NCBI GenBank assembly: GCA_022800625.1
Contig: JAAWQR010000004.1
Coordinates: 24,678-88,677 of the forward strand
Origin: Clostridiales bacterium
GTDB lineage: Bacteria; Bacillota; Clostridia; Oscillospirales; CAG-272
Reading direction: 5' to 3'
Length of the DNA stretch: 64,000 nt
Shown: positions 19,933 through 29,631 of the stretch, one piece after another
How positions within the stretch are numbered: the first letter of the stretch is position 1
Layout of the letters: every line of letters starts with the position of its first letter
The notes under the pieces: generated by a model
What the model saw: only the letters and a program-made list of their open reading frames with translations
Told to the model about the DNA's origin: nothing
Database searches by the model: none
Translations under genes and position numbers: made by a program

Positions 19933-20952
19933 TCAGTCCCACATATATTCCGGTATTTTTATTTTTTTGCTTTCCATACCGTTGTCCGTTCTGTAAACAC
20001 CTGATGTATATCCTGAAAGAAATGCAGTCAGAGCATACATATCGAGCCATATCTGACAGTATCCATCCTTCTGAGACGGATCGAATATCAGCTCCAGTCC
20101 GTAGTGAAGATGCGGAGTGTTGATTCCGTTGACATTTTCTTTATCGGAATATCCCGTCATGCCGAGGTATCCTATTACCTCACCCGCGGCAACGGTCTTT
20201 CCCTCATAAATATCCTCATACGGCTTATCTTTTCTTAAATGAGCATAATAATAGTACCTCTTGCCGTCAAAACTTCTGATGCCGATTCTCCAGCCGCCGT
20301 ATCTGTTCCAGCCGCATGCTTCAACATATCCGGCTTCAACAGCTGTTATCGGAGTTCCGACAGAGCCCATCAGATCATGGCCGAGATGATGCCTTTTATA
20401 GCCGTAGGAACGCGACGCGCCGAAATCGTCATAGTGATTATAATAATATCCGGCTGCGATGGGAGAAGAAAGACATACTCCGTACTTTTCTTCGCACACC
20501 GTCTCCCCGTTTTCATTCTCCGTATATTCCAGATACTTTCCGACAGCGCCGCCGAGAGCCGCTCCGTATGCTTCTCTGTAATAATTATACAGCTTTTCAT
20601 TTGAAGCAATTTCCGAATATTCTTCTCCTGCGGCATGCCGCTCTGTCACAGCATCAAGATCGGATTTCTTATAAAGAGAAAAGTTACCTCCGTATTTAAC
20701 CGCAAGACATGTCAAAAGTTCGATCATACTCTCATGACATTCGCCGCCGTTTGTATCAATGTCAACTTTTGCACAGTCACGCATCGCGTCTGCGCTGACC
20801 TTGAAATCCACCCATTTTATATATGATTTTTCACTTTCTTCGGTCTCTTTATTTTCCTGCGCATAAAACGTACCCGTACATGTAAAACACATTATAAAGG
20901 CAAGCGCCGCCGATATGATACACTGTATAATTTTAAATTTGTTTTTCTTCAT
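19933..20952 (-). CDS. Secreted M23-family metallopeptidase (LytH-like)
   Basis: Signal peptide; HLGHDLMG (HxxxD), YYYAHL, PHLHYG motifs. Confidence 0.85.
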   Translation of the reverse strand: MKKNKFKIIQCIISAALAFIMCFTCTGTFYAQENKETEESEKSYIKWVDFKVSADAMRDCAKVDIDTNGGECHESMIELLTCLAVKYGGNFSLYKKSDLDAVTERHAAGEEYSEIASNEKLYNYYREAYGAALGGAVGKYLEYTENENGETVCEEKYGVCLSSPIAAGYYYNHYDDFGASRSYGYKRHHLGHDLMGSVGTPITAVEAGYVEACGWNRYGGWRIGIRSFDGKRYYYYAHLRKDKPYEDIYEGKTVAAGEVIGYLGMTGYSDKENVNGINTPHLHYGLELIFDPSQKDGYCQIWLDMYALTAFLSGYTSGVYRTDNGMESKKIKIPEYMWD

Positions 20953-21122
20953 TTTGAAGCTATTCCCCGCAATTTTTCAGTTATTACACTATATTTTATC
21001 CCGTATAAAACGATATATTTGATGTACATTTAACCGCCGACGCCAAATTTATCTTGCGTATATATAAGTGAGGGCAAGGAAAAATAAATAATAAAATAAT
21101 ATAGAAAGGCAAACAAATAAAA

Positions 21123-22076
21123 ATGACTGATATTAAAAAAATCGGAATTGTAGGATGCGGATTTGTCGGCTCGACTATTGCTTATACAATGATGGAAAGC
21201 GGACTTTTTTCGGAAATGGTGCTCATTGACATAAATGAAGAAAAGGCGCGCGGCGAAGCGATGGATCTCAACCACTGCCTGCCGTTCCTGTCTCCCATGC
21301 AGATATATCAAGACTCATATGAGGGACTTGAAGGCGCGGCGGTAGTTGTTATTGCAGCAGGAGCCAATCAAAAACCGGGAGAGACGCGTACCGATCTGCT
21401 GCACAAAAATGTATCAATATTCAGAGATATAATAGGAAATATCACACGCGTAAATTCCGAATGTATACTTCTTGTCGTTACAAACCCCGTGGATGTGCTG
21501 ACATATTACACGCTTAAAATGTCAGGCTTTCCGAAGGAAAGAGTAATCGGAAGCGGCACTGTGCTCGACAGCGCAAGACTGAAGCATCTAATAGGAGAAA
21601 GACTTGAGGTAGACAGTCGAAATGTTCACACATTCATTCTCGGTGAACACGGAGACAGCGAATTTCCCGTTTGGAGCAGCGCCAATGTATCGGGAATCGA
21701 TATGGCGGATTACTGTCCGATATGCGAAAAATGCGGTGACATTTGCGAGCTTTACGGAATATTCGACTTCGTCCGCGACAGCGCGTATGAAATAATCGAA
21801 GCGAAAGGTGCAACCTATTATGCGATAGCGCAGGCGGCTAAGCGGATAATTACGTCTATTGTGAGGGATGAAAAAACAATCCTTCCCGTATCGACACTTG
21901 TAAGCGGTCACTACGGCGTAGACGGCATTTGTCTCGGCGTGCCGTCAGTTGTCGGCAGAGGCGGTGCCGAACACGTGCTTGACATTCCGCTGAATGAAGA
22001 TGAATCAAAAATGCTGAGTGATTCAGCCGAGAAAATGAAAGAGCTTATAGCCGAACTTGACGGAGCTATGGTATAA
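21123..22076 (+). CDS. ldh: L-lactate dehydrogenase
   Basis: GCGFVG, AGANQKPGETR.DL, TNPVDVLT, GSGTVLDSAR, LGEHGDS, KGATYY. Confidence 0.95.
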   Translation: MTDIKKIGIVGCGFVGSTIAYTMMESGLFSEMVLIDINEEKARGEAMDLNHCLPFLSPMQIYQDSYEGLEGAAVVVIAAGANQKPGETRTDLLHKNVSIFRDIIGNITRVNSECILLVVTNPVDVLTYYTLKMSGFPKERVIGSGTVLDSARLKHLIGERLEVDSRNVHTFILGEHGDSEFPVWSSANVSGIDMADYCPICEKCGDICELYGIFDFVRDSAYEIIEAKGATYYAIAQAAKRIITSIVRDEKTILPVSTLVSGHYGVDGICLGVPSVVGRGGAEHVLDIPLNEDESKMLSDSAEKMKELIAELDGAMV

Positions 22077-22081
22077 AAATA

Positions 22082-22116
22082 ACGGGCGTGCTTTACGACA
22101 CGTCCGTCATTTTTTT
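22082..22116. terminator. Terminator between convergent ldh and HD gene
   Basis: acgggcgtg/cacgtccgt stem followed by a T-tract. Confidence 0.7.
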
Positions 22117-22119
22117 GCA

Positions 22120-22728
22120 TTACTTTATCGAAAACACAACCCCGCCGTTTCCCTCAATCGCCAAACGTTCGGCAAATGAGCGGATATATGCTACTTTTTC
22201 TTCATATATTTCTCGGCTTATATCAAAATGAATAGATCTGTTGTCAACGGTGTCCCTCTCACACTCACGCAGCATATTTTCAGCAACATCTGCCATCGAC
22301 AAATGATCTCTCACTGCATTCTGGAAGCTGAACCATGCGCGAAACAGTCCGAAGTGGTCGAGAAGATCCGCGTCCTGCACGATCATTGTCGCCATATCAA
22401 GATTCTCCATATCACGTTGATCATGAACTGATATTATGCGGCATATAAGTTCAAGTTCTTCGTCACTGCAAAGACCTGTCAGCCGCTCACGCGCCAAATC
22501 CGATCCGAGCTTTTCATGATGCTCCATTCCGTTTCGCGCATCATGAAACCAGCCTGCAACAACCAGCGCTTCAACATTTTTGTCATAACCAAGCGCATCG
22601 CACAGACTTCTCACTATATTTCCGACTCGCTGCCCGTGGTAAAATTTATTTCCGCGCTCCTTAAACGGATGCGACGTTCTGTATTTCATCTCTTCTTCAG
22701 CTATTTTTAATATCTTCTCAGTTTGCAT
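22120..22728 (-). CDS. HD-domain metal-dependent phosphohydrolase, paralogue 1
   Basis: H(GQRV)...WFHD...H...VHD...QDADLLD metal-ligand pattern. Confidence 0.85.
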   Translation of the reverse strand: MQTEKILKIAEEEMKYRTSHPFKERGNKFYHGQRVGNIVRSLCDALGYDKNVEALVVAGWFHDARNGMEHHEKLGSDLARERLTGLCSDEELELICRIISVHDQRDMENLDMATMIVQDADLLDHFGLFRAWFSFQNAVRDHLSMADVAENMLRECERDTVDNRSIHFDISREIYEEKVAYIRSFAERLAIEGNGGVVFSIK

Positions 22729-22766
22729 ATGTTCCCCTTTTAAACAACTTGATAATACTGTCTATG

Positions 22767-23384
22767 TCAGTCAAAGTTTACAACTCCCCCGTCACCTTCG
22801 ATTGCAAGTCTCTCGGCAAATGAGCGGATAAATGCTACTTTTTCATTATAAATCTTACGGCTTATGTCAAAGTTAAGACCTTCACCTGCCGAATAATAAT
22901 CACAGTTGCACTCTTTTATCATAATTTCAGCCTGCTCTGTCATCGAGCGATCGTTTCTGAGCGCCTCCTGAAAATCCTGCCATACACGAAATGTCCCGAA
23001 GTGGTCGAGAAGATCCGCGTCCTGCAAGATCATGCTCGCCATGTCAAGACCTTCCATTCCTCGGTGATCGTGAACTAATATTACATTATATATAAAATCA
23101 AGCTCACAGTCGCTGCATAACCCCTGTAAAGCCTCTCTCGTCTTTTCAGCACCAAGCTTTTCATGCTTCTCATATTCTATCATTCCGTTACTGATGTCAT
23201 GAAACCAAGCCGCAACGACGAGAACATCAACGTCACCGTCATATTTCAGTTTCTCGCATAGATACCTTACCAAATTTCCGACTCGTTGTCCGTGATAAAA
23301 TTTATTTCCGCGCTCTCTGAACATCTGTGACGGTCTGTTTTTCAGTCTTTCTTCTGCAATTTTCAATATTTCATCGGTTTTCAT
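22767..23384 (-). CDS. HD-domain metal-dependent phosphohydrolase, paralogue 2
   Basis: Same ligand pattern; start MKTDEILK at 23384 behind GAAAGGA aligns with the start of paralogue 1. Confidence 0.85.
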   Translation of the reverse strand: MKTDEILKIAEERLKNRPSQMFRERGNKFYHGQRVGNLVRYLCEKLKYDGDVDVLVVAAWFHDISNGMIEYEKHEKLGAEKTREALQGLCSDCELDFIYNVILVHDHRGMEGLDMASMILQDADLLDHFGTFRVWQDFQEALRNDRSMTEQAEIMIKECNCDYYSAGEGLNFDISRKIYNEKVAFIRSFAERLAIEGDGGVVNFD

Positions 23385-23570
23385 GATATGACCGTTCCTT
23401 TCATCGTATCTGCTCCGAGTTTTCTCAGTAAAACAGGGAAAATTTTTTTGCACTCTGCTATGATATTTTTAATAATACCGTATAAGTTTATAAATTATAT
23501 CATGAGATATATTAAAAGTCAATGAAAATGCGGTACTTTTGCATAAATGAAAATTGCCGCAAATCAATTG

Positions 23571-23599
23571 TTGAAAAATTCTGACTTTTGTGATATTAT
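23571..23599 (+). promoter_or_regulatory. Sigma-A promoter for the deacetylase
   Basis: TTGAAA-17 nt-TATTAT. Confidence 0.5.
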
Positions 23600-23638
23600 T
23601 TTTTATATCTTCAGATAAAAATTAGAGAAAAGGAATCA

Positions 23639-24469
23639 ATGAAAATGATAACATTTGACAGATTCAAGGACGGCAAACAGTTTGCACTGACATTCAGTTA
23701 TGACGACGGATGTCCGCAGGACAGACGCATTGTCGAACTGTTTAATAAATACGGCATGAAGGCGACATTCAATCTGATTTCAAGCAGTGTCACGAATCCC
23801 GCTTCCCGCGGAGTTCATGCCGATGAGATAAAGTCTTTGTATGCAGATAACGGACACGAGATCGCATGTCATTCCGTAAATCATCCGAATCTTGAAAATA
23901 TGCGCCTGAAAGATCAGCTTGACGAGATATTCTGCGACCGAGAGGCGCTTGAAAAGATAACGGGAACAATCGTCCGCGGCTTTGCTTTTCCGTACGGAAC
24001 ATACAACAACGATACTCTGAAAGCCATGGAGACTGCCTCCATAGTATACGGAAGAACGGTAAAAAGCACAGGAAAATTCACCGTTCCCGAAGATTTCAGA
24101 CTTTGGAATCCTACAACTCACCATGAAGAATGCGAATCCCGCGTGAGATATTTTGCGCGGATTGCTAAGGAAGAACCATGGAACGCGGGAGGACTTCTTT
24201 ATATTTGGGGACATGCGTATGAGTTTGATGAAGACAACGCTCCTGTAGGGTGGGAAAAATTTGAAGATATGCTTAAAATACTTCACGGAAGCCTTGACAA
24301 CATCTGGAGCGCAACAAATATTGAAATATATGACTATGTACAGGCTCAGCGCAGTATACGAATCTCCGCCGACGGCAGTATTTTATATAATCCGACCGAC
24401 ACTGACGTATGGGTATCATGCGACGGAAAACCGCTGATGATAGGCGCGTGCGGTAAAATTGAACTTTAA
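23639..24469 (+). CDS. Polysaccharide deacetylase / CE4 esterase (cytoplasmic)
   Basis: TFSYDDG, HEIACHSVNHP (HxxxH), GFAFPYG, LYIWGHAYE; no signal peptide. Confidence 0.85.
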   Translation: MKMITFDRFKDGKQFALTFSYDDGCPQDRRIVELFNKYGMKATFNLISSSVTNPASRGVHADEIKSLYADNGHEIACHSVNHPNLENMRLKDQLDEIFCDREALEKITGTIVRGFAFPYGTYNNDTLKAMETASIVYGRTVKSTGKFTVPEDFRLWNPTTHHEECESRVRYFARIAKEEPWNAGGLLYIWGHAYEFDEDNAPVGWEKFEDMLKILHGSLDNIWSATNIEIYDYVQAQRSIRISADGSILYNPTDTDVWVSCDGKPLMIGACGKIEL

Positions 24470-24551
24470 CTGTAAAATGAATCGTGGACTGTTGCGTTAT
24501 GCAGCAGTCCACAAAATTATATATTCAGCTTTTACCCTACAGAACTTCTGC

Positions 24552-25889
24552 TTAATTTGGAGAAGATTTCTTTCCCCATTTACCACGGCGGTAGAAAAAA
24601 TATGACATAACCATTGCAACAGTCCACCCTATCGGCCAAGCGAGCCATATTCCCGTACTCCCCAACGAAACAGACAGAACCTTTGCAAGCGCCACGCGCA
24701 GCACAAGATCAGTAAGCGTAGACGCCATAAAACGTGCCATAAGTCCTGCCCCGCGGATCACTCCGTCGCACACAAGCTTTACCGAGATTATCAGATAAAA
24801 CGGTGCGACAATTTTCAAAAATTCCGTGCCCACTGCTATTGCAGTGCTGCCGGGATCATTCAGAAAAACGCGTACAAGATATTTTCCCGCAAACAAATAT
24901 GCCGCGACGAGAGGCAGACAAATTATCCATACAAGCTTTACGCCTGCTCTAAAGCCGCCGCTTATTCTTTCAGGCTTTCCCGCTCCCAAATTCTGAGCCG
25001 TATAATTTGATATTCCGTTTCCGAGCGTGTTCAGGGAGGTTATCACAAGATTGTTGAGCTTTACTGCCGCAGAATAGCCTGCCATGACAGGCGAGCCGAA
25101 GCCGTTGATTATTCCCTGAATTATAATATTTCCGACCGATACAAAGCTTTGCTGTAATGTGCTCGGAATAGCAACCTTTGCGATTCGTCCGAGAAGATTT
25201 ATCGAGAAAATTTCAGATTTTCCGTCTGTTTTAATTTTTAAAAGGCGGCGGAATACAAATATTACAGCAAGCACACAGCTAACACCCTGACATATAAAGG
25301 TTGCCCATGCAACTCCCGCAACTCCCATTTTAAATGCGGTGACAAAGAGTATATCCATTCCGATATTGGTTACAGACGATGCTGCAAGGAAAGCAAACGG
25401 AGTTTTTGAGTCTCCGAGAGCTGAAAAAATTCCCGTTGCTACATTATAATAAAATACAAACGGCAGGCTGAAGATGTATATATCGAGATACAGCTTTGAA
25501 TCAGCCATAACATTGTCAGGCGTGTTTATCAGATGAAGAAGATCGGTACAAAAAAGAACTCCCGCCGCCATAAGCAAAAGGCAAAGCACACCGCTGGCAA
25601 TAAGAGTTGTGTAGACTGCCGTCTTCATCTCTCGGAATTTTTTAGCCCCGAAAAGATTTGATACTATGATCGAGCATCCGATATTGCATCCGAATGCAAA
25701 TGCTATAAATATAAGAGTTACCTCATAGCTGTTTCCGACGGCTGCAAGCGCGTCTTCTCCGATAAATTTTCCTGCAACAAAGCTGTCTGCAAGATTATAA
25801 AGTTGCTGAAAAATTATGCTTCCGAAAAGCGGAAGACAAAATTTCCAAAGCACCGTTTCCGGTTTTCCGACTGTCAGATCTCGGTTCAT
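24552..25889 (-). CDS. MATE-family efflux transporter
   Basis: MNRDLTVG start, QQLYNLADS..GKFIG..ALAAVG, LGDSKTP, QNLGA; ~12 TM. Confidence 0.92.
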   Translation of the reverse strand: MNRDLTVGKPETVLWKFCLPLFGSIIFQQLYNLADSFVAGKFIGEDALAAVGNSYEVTLIFIAFAFGCNIGCSIIVSNLFGAKKFREMKTAVYTTLIASGVLCLLLMAAGVLFCTDLLHLINTPDNVMADSKLYLDIYIFSLPFVFYYNVATGIFSALGDSKTPFAFLAASSVTNIGMDILFVTAFKMGVAGVAWATFICQGVSCVLAVIFVFRRLLKIKTDGKSEIFSINLLGRIAKVAIPSTLQQSFVSVGNIIIQGIINGFGSPVMAGYSAAVKLNNLVITSLNTLGNGISNYTAQNLGAGKPERISGGFRAGVKLVWIICLPLVAAYLFAGKYLVRVFLNDPGSTAIAVGTEFLKIVAPFYLIISVKLVCDGVIRGAGLMARFMASTLTDLVLRVALAKVLSVSLGSTGIWLAWPIGWTVAMVMSYFFYRRGKWGKKSSPN

Positions 25890-25957
25890 GATTTGAAACA
25901 CCTTTCCGTGCATGGCTTCTTTCACGTCTGCACAAAAAAATCAAATATATGCTGCTA

Positions 25958-26044
25958 TTGACATCTTGCAACATTGATATTATAATTCTAAACAGAGGCA
26001 TATGTAAAATATATGTATAACATGCTGTTCATATCAAATTGATA
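25958..26044. promoter_or_regulatory. Overlapping divergent promoters with a LysR box
   Basis: Plus TTGACA(25958)-17-TATAAT(25981) toward lysR; minus TTACAT-17-TATAAT toward MATE; dyad T-N11-A TATCAAATTGATA at 26032-26044, about -65 from the MATE start site, the canonical LTTR position. Confidence 0.65.
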
Positions 26045-26095
26045 TTTTGAATTCAGTAACAACGTGCCTAAGCATATAATAGGGGCTGATGATTT

Positions 26096-27010
26096 ATGTA
26101 TGTAAATTGGGAGCATTACCGTATTTTTTATTATGCGGCAAAATATAAAAATCTGACACGTGCCGCAGCTGAGATGTTTAACAATCAGCCGAATGTGACA
26201 CGTGCTGTAAAAACACTTGAAAATGAGCTTGGCTGTACATTGCTTATCCGATCTAACAAGGGAGTAGAACTGACCGAGGAAGGCAAAATGCTGTACGAAC
26301 ACATCAGGATAGCTTTTGAACATATACAGAAGGCAGAATCAGGTATGCTGAAAAATCGCAGCATTGACGGCGGAGTTGTGACAATAGGAGCAACGGAAAT
26401 AGCACTCCACTGCCTGATTTTGCCTATACTTAAGGATTATCGGGTGCGATATCCGGGTGTTCGCATTCGCGTCTCAAGCCATTCTACCGCGCAGACGATG
26501 ACCGACCTTAAAAACGGAATCATTGATTTTGCTGTAGTTACTACGCCTGTCGAATGTCCGCCGTCTATACATGAGTTCAAGATAAAGCAATTTCATGAGG
26601 CAGCTGTCTGCGGATCTGCGTTTTCAGGCCTTTCAGCGCGAACTCTGAGCCTGGCCGAACTTGCGGAATATCCGATAATTTCACTCGGAACTCATACCAA
26701 TACATTTGAATTTTATTCTTCGCTTTTCAGGGATGGAGGACTTGAATTTACACCTGATATTGAAGCAGACAGTGCAAATCAAATCCTGCCTATGGTGAAA
26801 AATGATCTCGGTATCGGCTTTATTCCGGAAGAATTTGTACTTTCCGAACCTGATCAGCAAAGCATAGTTGTGCTCGATATGGAAAAGCCTATACCGCCGC
26901 GCTCGATCTGTCTTTTGAAATCTGTAGGTAAGTCACTGAGCAGCGCGGCATATGCGCTTGAATGTATGATAAAAGACAGAGCGGATGTGCAATCAGACGA
27001 TAAAAACTAA
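26096..27010 (+). CDS. LysR-family transcriptional regulator
   Basis: HTH NLTRAA..MFNNQPNVTRAVK.LE..LG..L..RS.KGV.LT.EG plus substrate-binding domain; divergent from MATE. Confidence 0.95.
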   Translation: MYVNWEHYRIFYYAAKYKNLTRAAAEMFNNQPNVTRAVKTLENELGCTLLIRSNKGVELTEEGKMLYEHIRIAFEHIQKAESGMLKNRSIDGGVVTIGATEIALHCLILPILKDYRVRYPGVRIRVSSHSTAQTMTDLKNGIIDFAVVTTPVECPPSIHEFKIKQFHEAAVCGSAFSGLSARTLSLAELAEYPIISLGTHTNTFEFYSSLFRDGGLEFTPDIEADSANQILPMVKNDLGIGFIPEEFVLSEPDQQSIVVLDMEKPIPPRSICLLKSVGKSLSSAAYALECMIKDRADVQSDDKN

Positions 27011-27042
27011 AAACAAAATTCTGAGAAAAAAGGATTACAATT

Positions 27043-27507
27043 ATGGAATATTTCGGCTTTTCATATATCGGTGCTTTGTGGCTTATTATGCTTTTTGTGC
27101 CAAATATTTTCTGGGCGCGCAACATACCTGACGGATATACGTCAGACGGGGAAAATAAGATTCTGAGACTTTTTGAGCGTATCGGTGAAGTAAGCGTTTC
27201 CTGCCTTGCTGTTTTAACAAGATCGTTTAATATCAGGGACGGAATTCTTCAAAATTTATGGCTGATACTTTCGGCTGTTTTGATGATCTTATATGAAATA
27301 TATTGGGTAAGATATTTTAAAAGCCCGAAGAAGCTGCTCGATTTTTATTCGTCTCTTTTGGGAATCCCGGTTGCAGGCGCAACTCTGCCCGTGGCGGCAT
27401 TTGCAGCTCTTGCGGCACACGGCAGAAGTATCCCGATGGCAGCAGCCGTTCTGATACTCGGAACAGGTCACATAGGAATACACTTGGAGCATAAATCAAA
27501 GCTTTAA
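27043..27507 (+). CDS. Hypothetical membrane protein (~4 TM)
   Basis: Hydrophobic 154-aa ORF in operon position with an RBS. Confidence 0.65.
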   Translation: MEYFGFSYIGALWLIMLFVPNIFWARNIPDGYTSDGENKILRLFERIGEVSVSCLAVLTRSFNIRDGILQNLWLILSAVLMILYEIYWVRYFKSPKKLLDFYSSLLGIPVAGATLPVAAFAALAAHGRSIPMAAAVLILGTGHIGIHLEHKSKL

Positions 27508-27549
27508 TTCTTATCAAATTATTTTATAATACCGATGGGGTGATTTCAG

Positions 27550-28215
27550 ATGACGGAAAGTGAATTTAACGGCAAACGGGTAAATTTTATAAAGCTTGAA
27601 GCCTTCGGATTTTTGAAAAGCGGCAAGGCTTATACATACCGCACCGATATAGCGGACGGTGAAATGAATCTCACCGTGAGCGTATCCTCAGACGGAAAAC
27701 TCAAAACTTCAGTAACAGACAGCGAAACGGATGACAAATATACGCTTTATCTGAATGACAAAGCGCAAGGGGAATTCGTAGGCACAGTCAGAGAAGCGGT
27801 TGATACGGTGACATCTGAAATTATTGCGGAATGCTTTGACACAGTTATGTTTTCGGAAGATTTATCCGGAGCTGTAAGCGCATATGCAAGAGAAAAATAT
27901 AGCTCGGAGCTTGAGTTTCTGTGGAAGAAAACACCCGACGCTGCAATCCTGAGACGCTCGGACAGCGGAAAGTGGTATGCTGTTTTTATGAAAATTTCAA
28001 AACGAAAGCTCGGTTTTAACACTGATGAGCTCGTTGAAGTTCTCGACCTTCATGCTGTACCTGACGAGATCGGGAAATATGTTGACGGGGAAAAATATTT
28101 TCCGGGATATCATATGAACAAAAAATACTGGTACACCGTATGTCTTGACGGCTCCGTAACGGCAGAAGAAATATTTGAGAAGCTTGACAGAAGCTATGAT
28201 CTTGCAAAAAAATAA
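27550..28215 (+). CDS. MmcQ/YjbR-family DNA-binding protein with N-terminal extension
   Basis: C-terminal KWYAVFM, PGYHMNKKYWYTV.LDGSV, SYDL motifs. Confidence 0.85.
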   Translation: MTESEFNGKRVNFIKLEAFGFLKSGKAYTYRTDIADGEMNLTVSVSSDGKLKTSVTDSETDDKYTLYLNDKAQGEFVGTVREAVDTVTSEIIAECFDTVMFSEDLSGAVSAYAREKYSSELEFLWKKTPDAAILRRSDSGKWYAVFMKISKRKLGFNTDELVEVLDLHAVPDEIGKYVDGEKYFPGYHMNKKYWYTVCLDGSVTAEEIFEKLDRSYDLAKK

Positions 28216-28239
28216 AAATAACTTTTTTTGCTTATCTAC

Positions 28240-28307
28240 TTGACATGCGGTACAATTGGCTTTAAAATTATTTAAGATTGCTGTAAAATGTACCGAATTG
28301 GTACATT
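28240..28307 (+). promoter_or_regulatory. Sigma-A promoter plus palindromic operator
   Basis: TTGACA(28240)-17-TAAAAT(28263); perfect 8-5-8 dyad AATGTACC-gaatt-GGTACATT at 28287-28307. Confidence 0.7.
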
Positions 28308-28360
28308 AAAGAAAGAATTTTATAATATCAGCCGTAAAAGACGGCGGACGGGAGATCAGA

Positions 28361-29431
28361 ATGAAAAAGATCAGAGTCGGAATAATCGGAACAGGTAATA
28401 TCAGCGAATTCCATATGAAGGGATATAGGAAACTTATCGACGCTGGCGTTGCGGAATTAGCCGCAGTATGCGATATCAATGAGGAAAAAGTAAAAAACTA
28501 TGCTGAAAAGCACAGCGCCGAAAAGTGGTACACTGATTATAATGAAATGATGGCAAAGGAAGAACTCGACTGCGTAAGCGTCTGCACATGGAATGCAGCA
28601 CACAAGGGCGCAACTATCGCGGCTCTTCGCGGCGGAGCAAACGTACTCTGCGAAAAACCGATGGCTATGAACGCAGCTGAGGCTGAGGAGATGATGGCTG
28701 TATCAAAGGAAACAGGAAAGCTTCTTCAGGTAGGCTTTGTAAGAAGATTCGGAAACGATGCGGACGTCATCTGTAAATTCAGAGATGCTGGAAACCTCGG
28801 AGACATTTATTTCGCAAAGGCAACATATCTCAGACGCGACGGATGCCCCGGCGGCTGGTTCGGTGACAAGGCTTATTCAGGCGGCGGACCGCTCATTGAC
28901 CTCGGAGTTCATGTAATCGACCTCGTTCGTTATCTCTCGGGAAATCCGAAGCCGACGACTGTATTCGGCGTTACATACAATAATATAGGCTGCCGCAGAG
29001 CCAAAGGAAGCGACTTTGCGTGGGAAGCTCCCGCCGACCAGAACACCTATGAGTATTCTGTTGAGGACTTTGCAACAGCAATGATCAAGTTTGAAAACGG
29101 TCTTACTCTCGACGTTGAAGCAAGCTTTAACCTGAATATTGAACACGATATGGGCAACATTGAGCTGTTCGGAACAAAATCAGGCGTAAAGGTTGACCCG
29201 AATGTTCAGCTCTTTACGGATATGGCAGGCAGATACGTGAATATTCAGCCTACAGGCGATACGGGACTTAACATGGATGAAATTTTTGATCATGAGATCG
29301 AGAATTTTGTAAATTCTGCAACAGGCAAGGCAGAATGCCGCGCAACAGCTGAGGACGGAGTTGTTCTCATGAAGATCCTTGACGCCGTATATGAGTCTGC
29401 AAAGACAGGCAAATCCGTAGATATCAAGTAA
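28361..29431 (+). CDS. Gfo/Idh/MocA-family oxidoreductase
   Basis: GIIGTGNIS, CEKPMA, GFVRRF, GGGPLIDLGVHVID. Confidence 0.92.
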   Translation: MKKIRVGIIGTGNISEFHMKGYRKLIDAGVAELAAVCDINEEKVKNYAEKHSAEKWYTDYNEMMAKEELDCVSVCTWNAAHKGATIAALRGGANVLCEKPMAMNAAEAEEMMAVSKETGKLLQVGFVRRFGNDADVICKFRDAGNLGDIYFAKATYLRRDGCPGGWFGDKAYSGGGPLIDLGVHVIDLVRYLSGNPKPTTVFGVTYNNIGCRRAKGSDFAWEAPADQNTYEYSVEDFATAMIKFENGLTLDVEASFNLNIEHDMGNIELFGTKSGVKVDPNVQLFTDMAGRYVNIQPTGDTGLNMDEIFDHEIENFVNSATGKAECRATAEDGVVLMKILDAVYESAKTGKSVDIK

Positions 29432-29455
29432 TTTAAACTTAATACGTGTTAAAGT

Positions 29456-29518
29456 GCCGCAGGAGATAAACTCTTCTGCGGCTTTTTATTTCCGTGAAAT
29501 TTGCTTCACGGATTTTTT
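29456..29518 (+). terminator. Two tandem intrinsic terminators
   Basis: gccgcagg/tctgcggc+T-tract, then tccgtgaa/ttcacgga+T-tract. Confidence 0.75.
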
Positions 29519-29519
29519 G

Positions 29520-29548
29520 TTCTAAACAGTCCGTCACACTAATATAAT
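29520..29548 (+). promoter_or_regulatory. Putative sigma-E promoter for spoIIIA
   Basis: TTCTAAA-14 nt-AATATATA, sigma-E-like spacing; matches the internal promoter at 33934. Confidence 0.5.
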
Positions 29549-29631
29549 AAAACAACAGTAAAAAACGCGCGGAGTTAACAATAAGACACAGCGCGGACGG
29601 ATAAAAACAAAGAAAGGTACGGTCAATAAAA

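Noticed and set aside
19933-20952. M23 peptidase as a prophage lysin
   Set aside because: It has a signal peptide, host-like composition and no holin or phage genes; it fits a chromosomal sporulation-type peptidase.
22120-23384. HD proteins as Cas3-HD, (p)ppGpp hydrolase or HD-GYP
   Set aside because: No cas genes or array, no GYP motif, and no clear RelA/SpoT-type signature.
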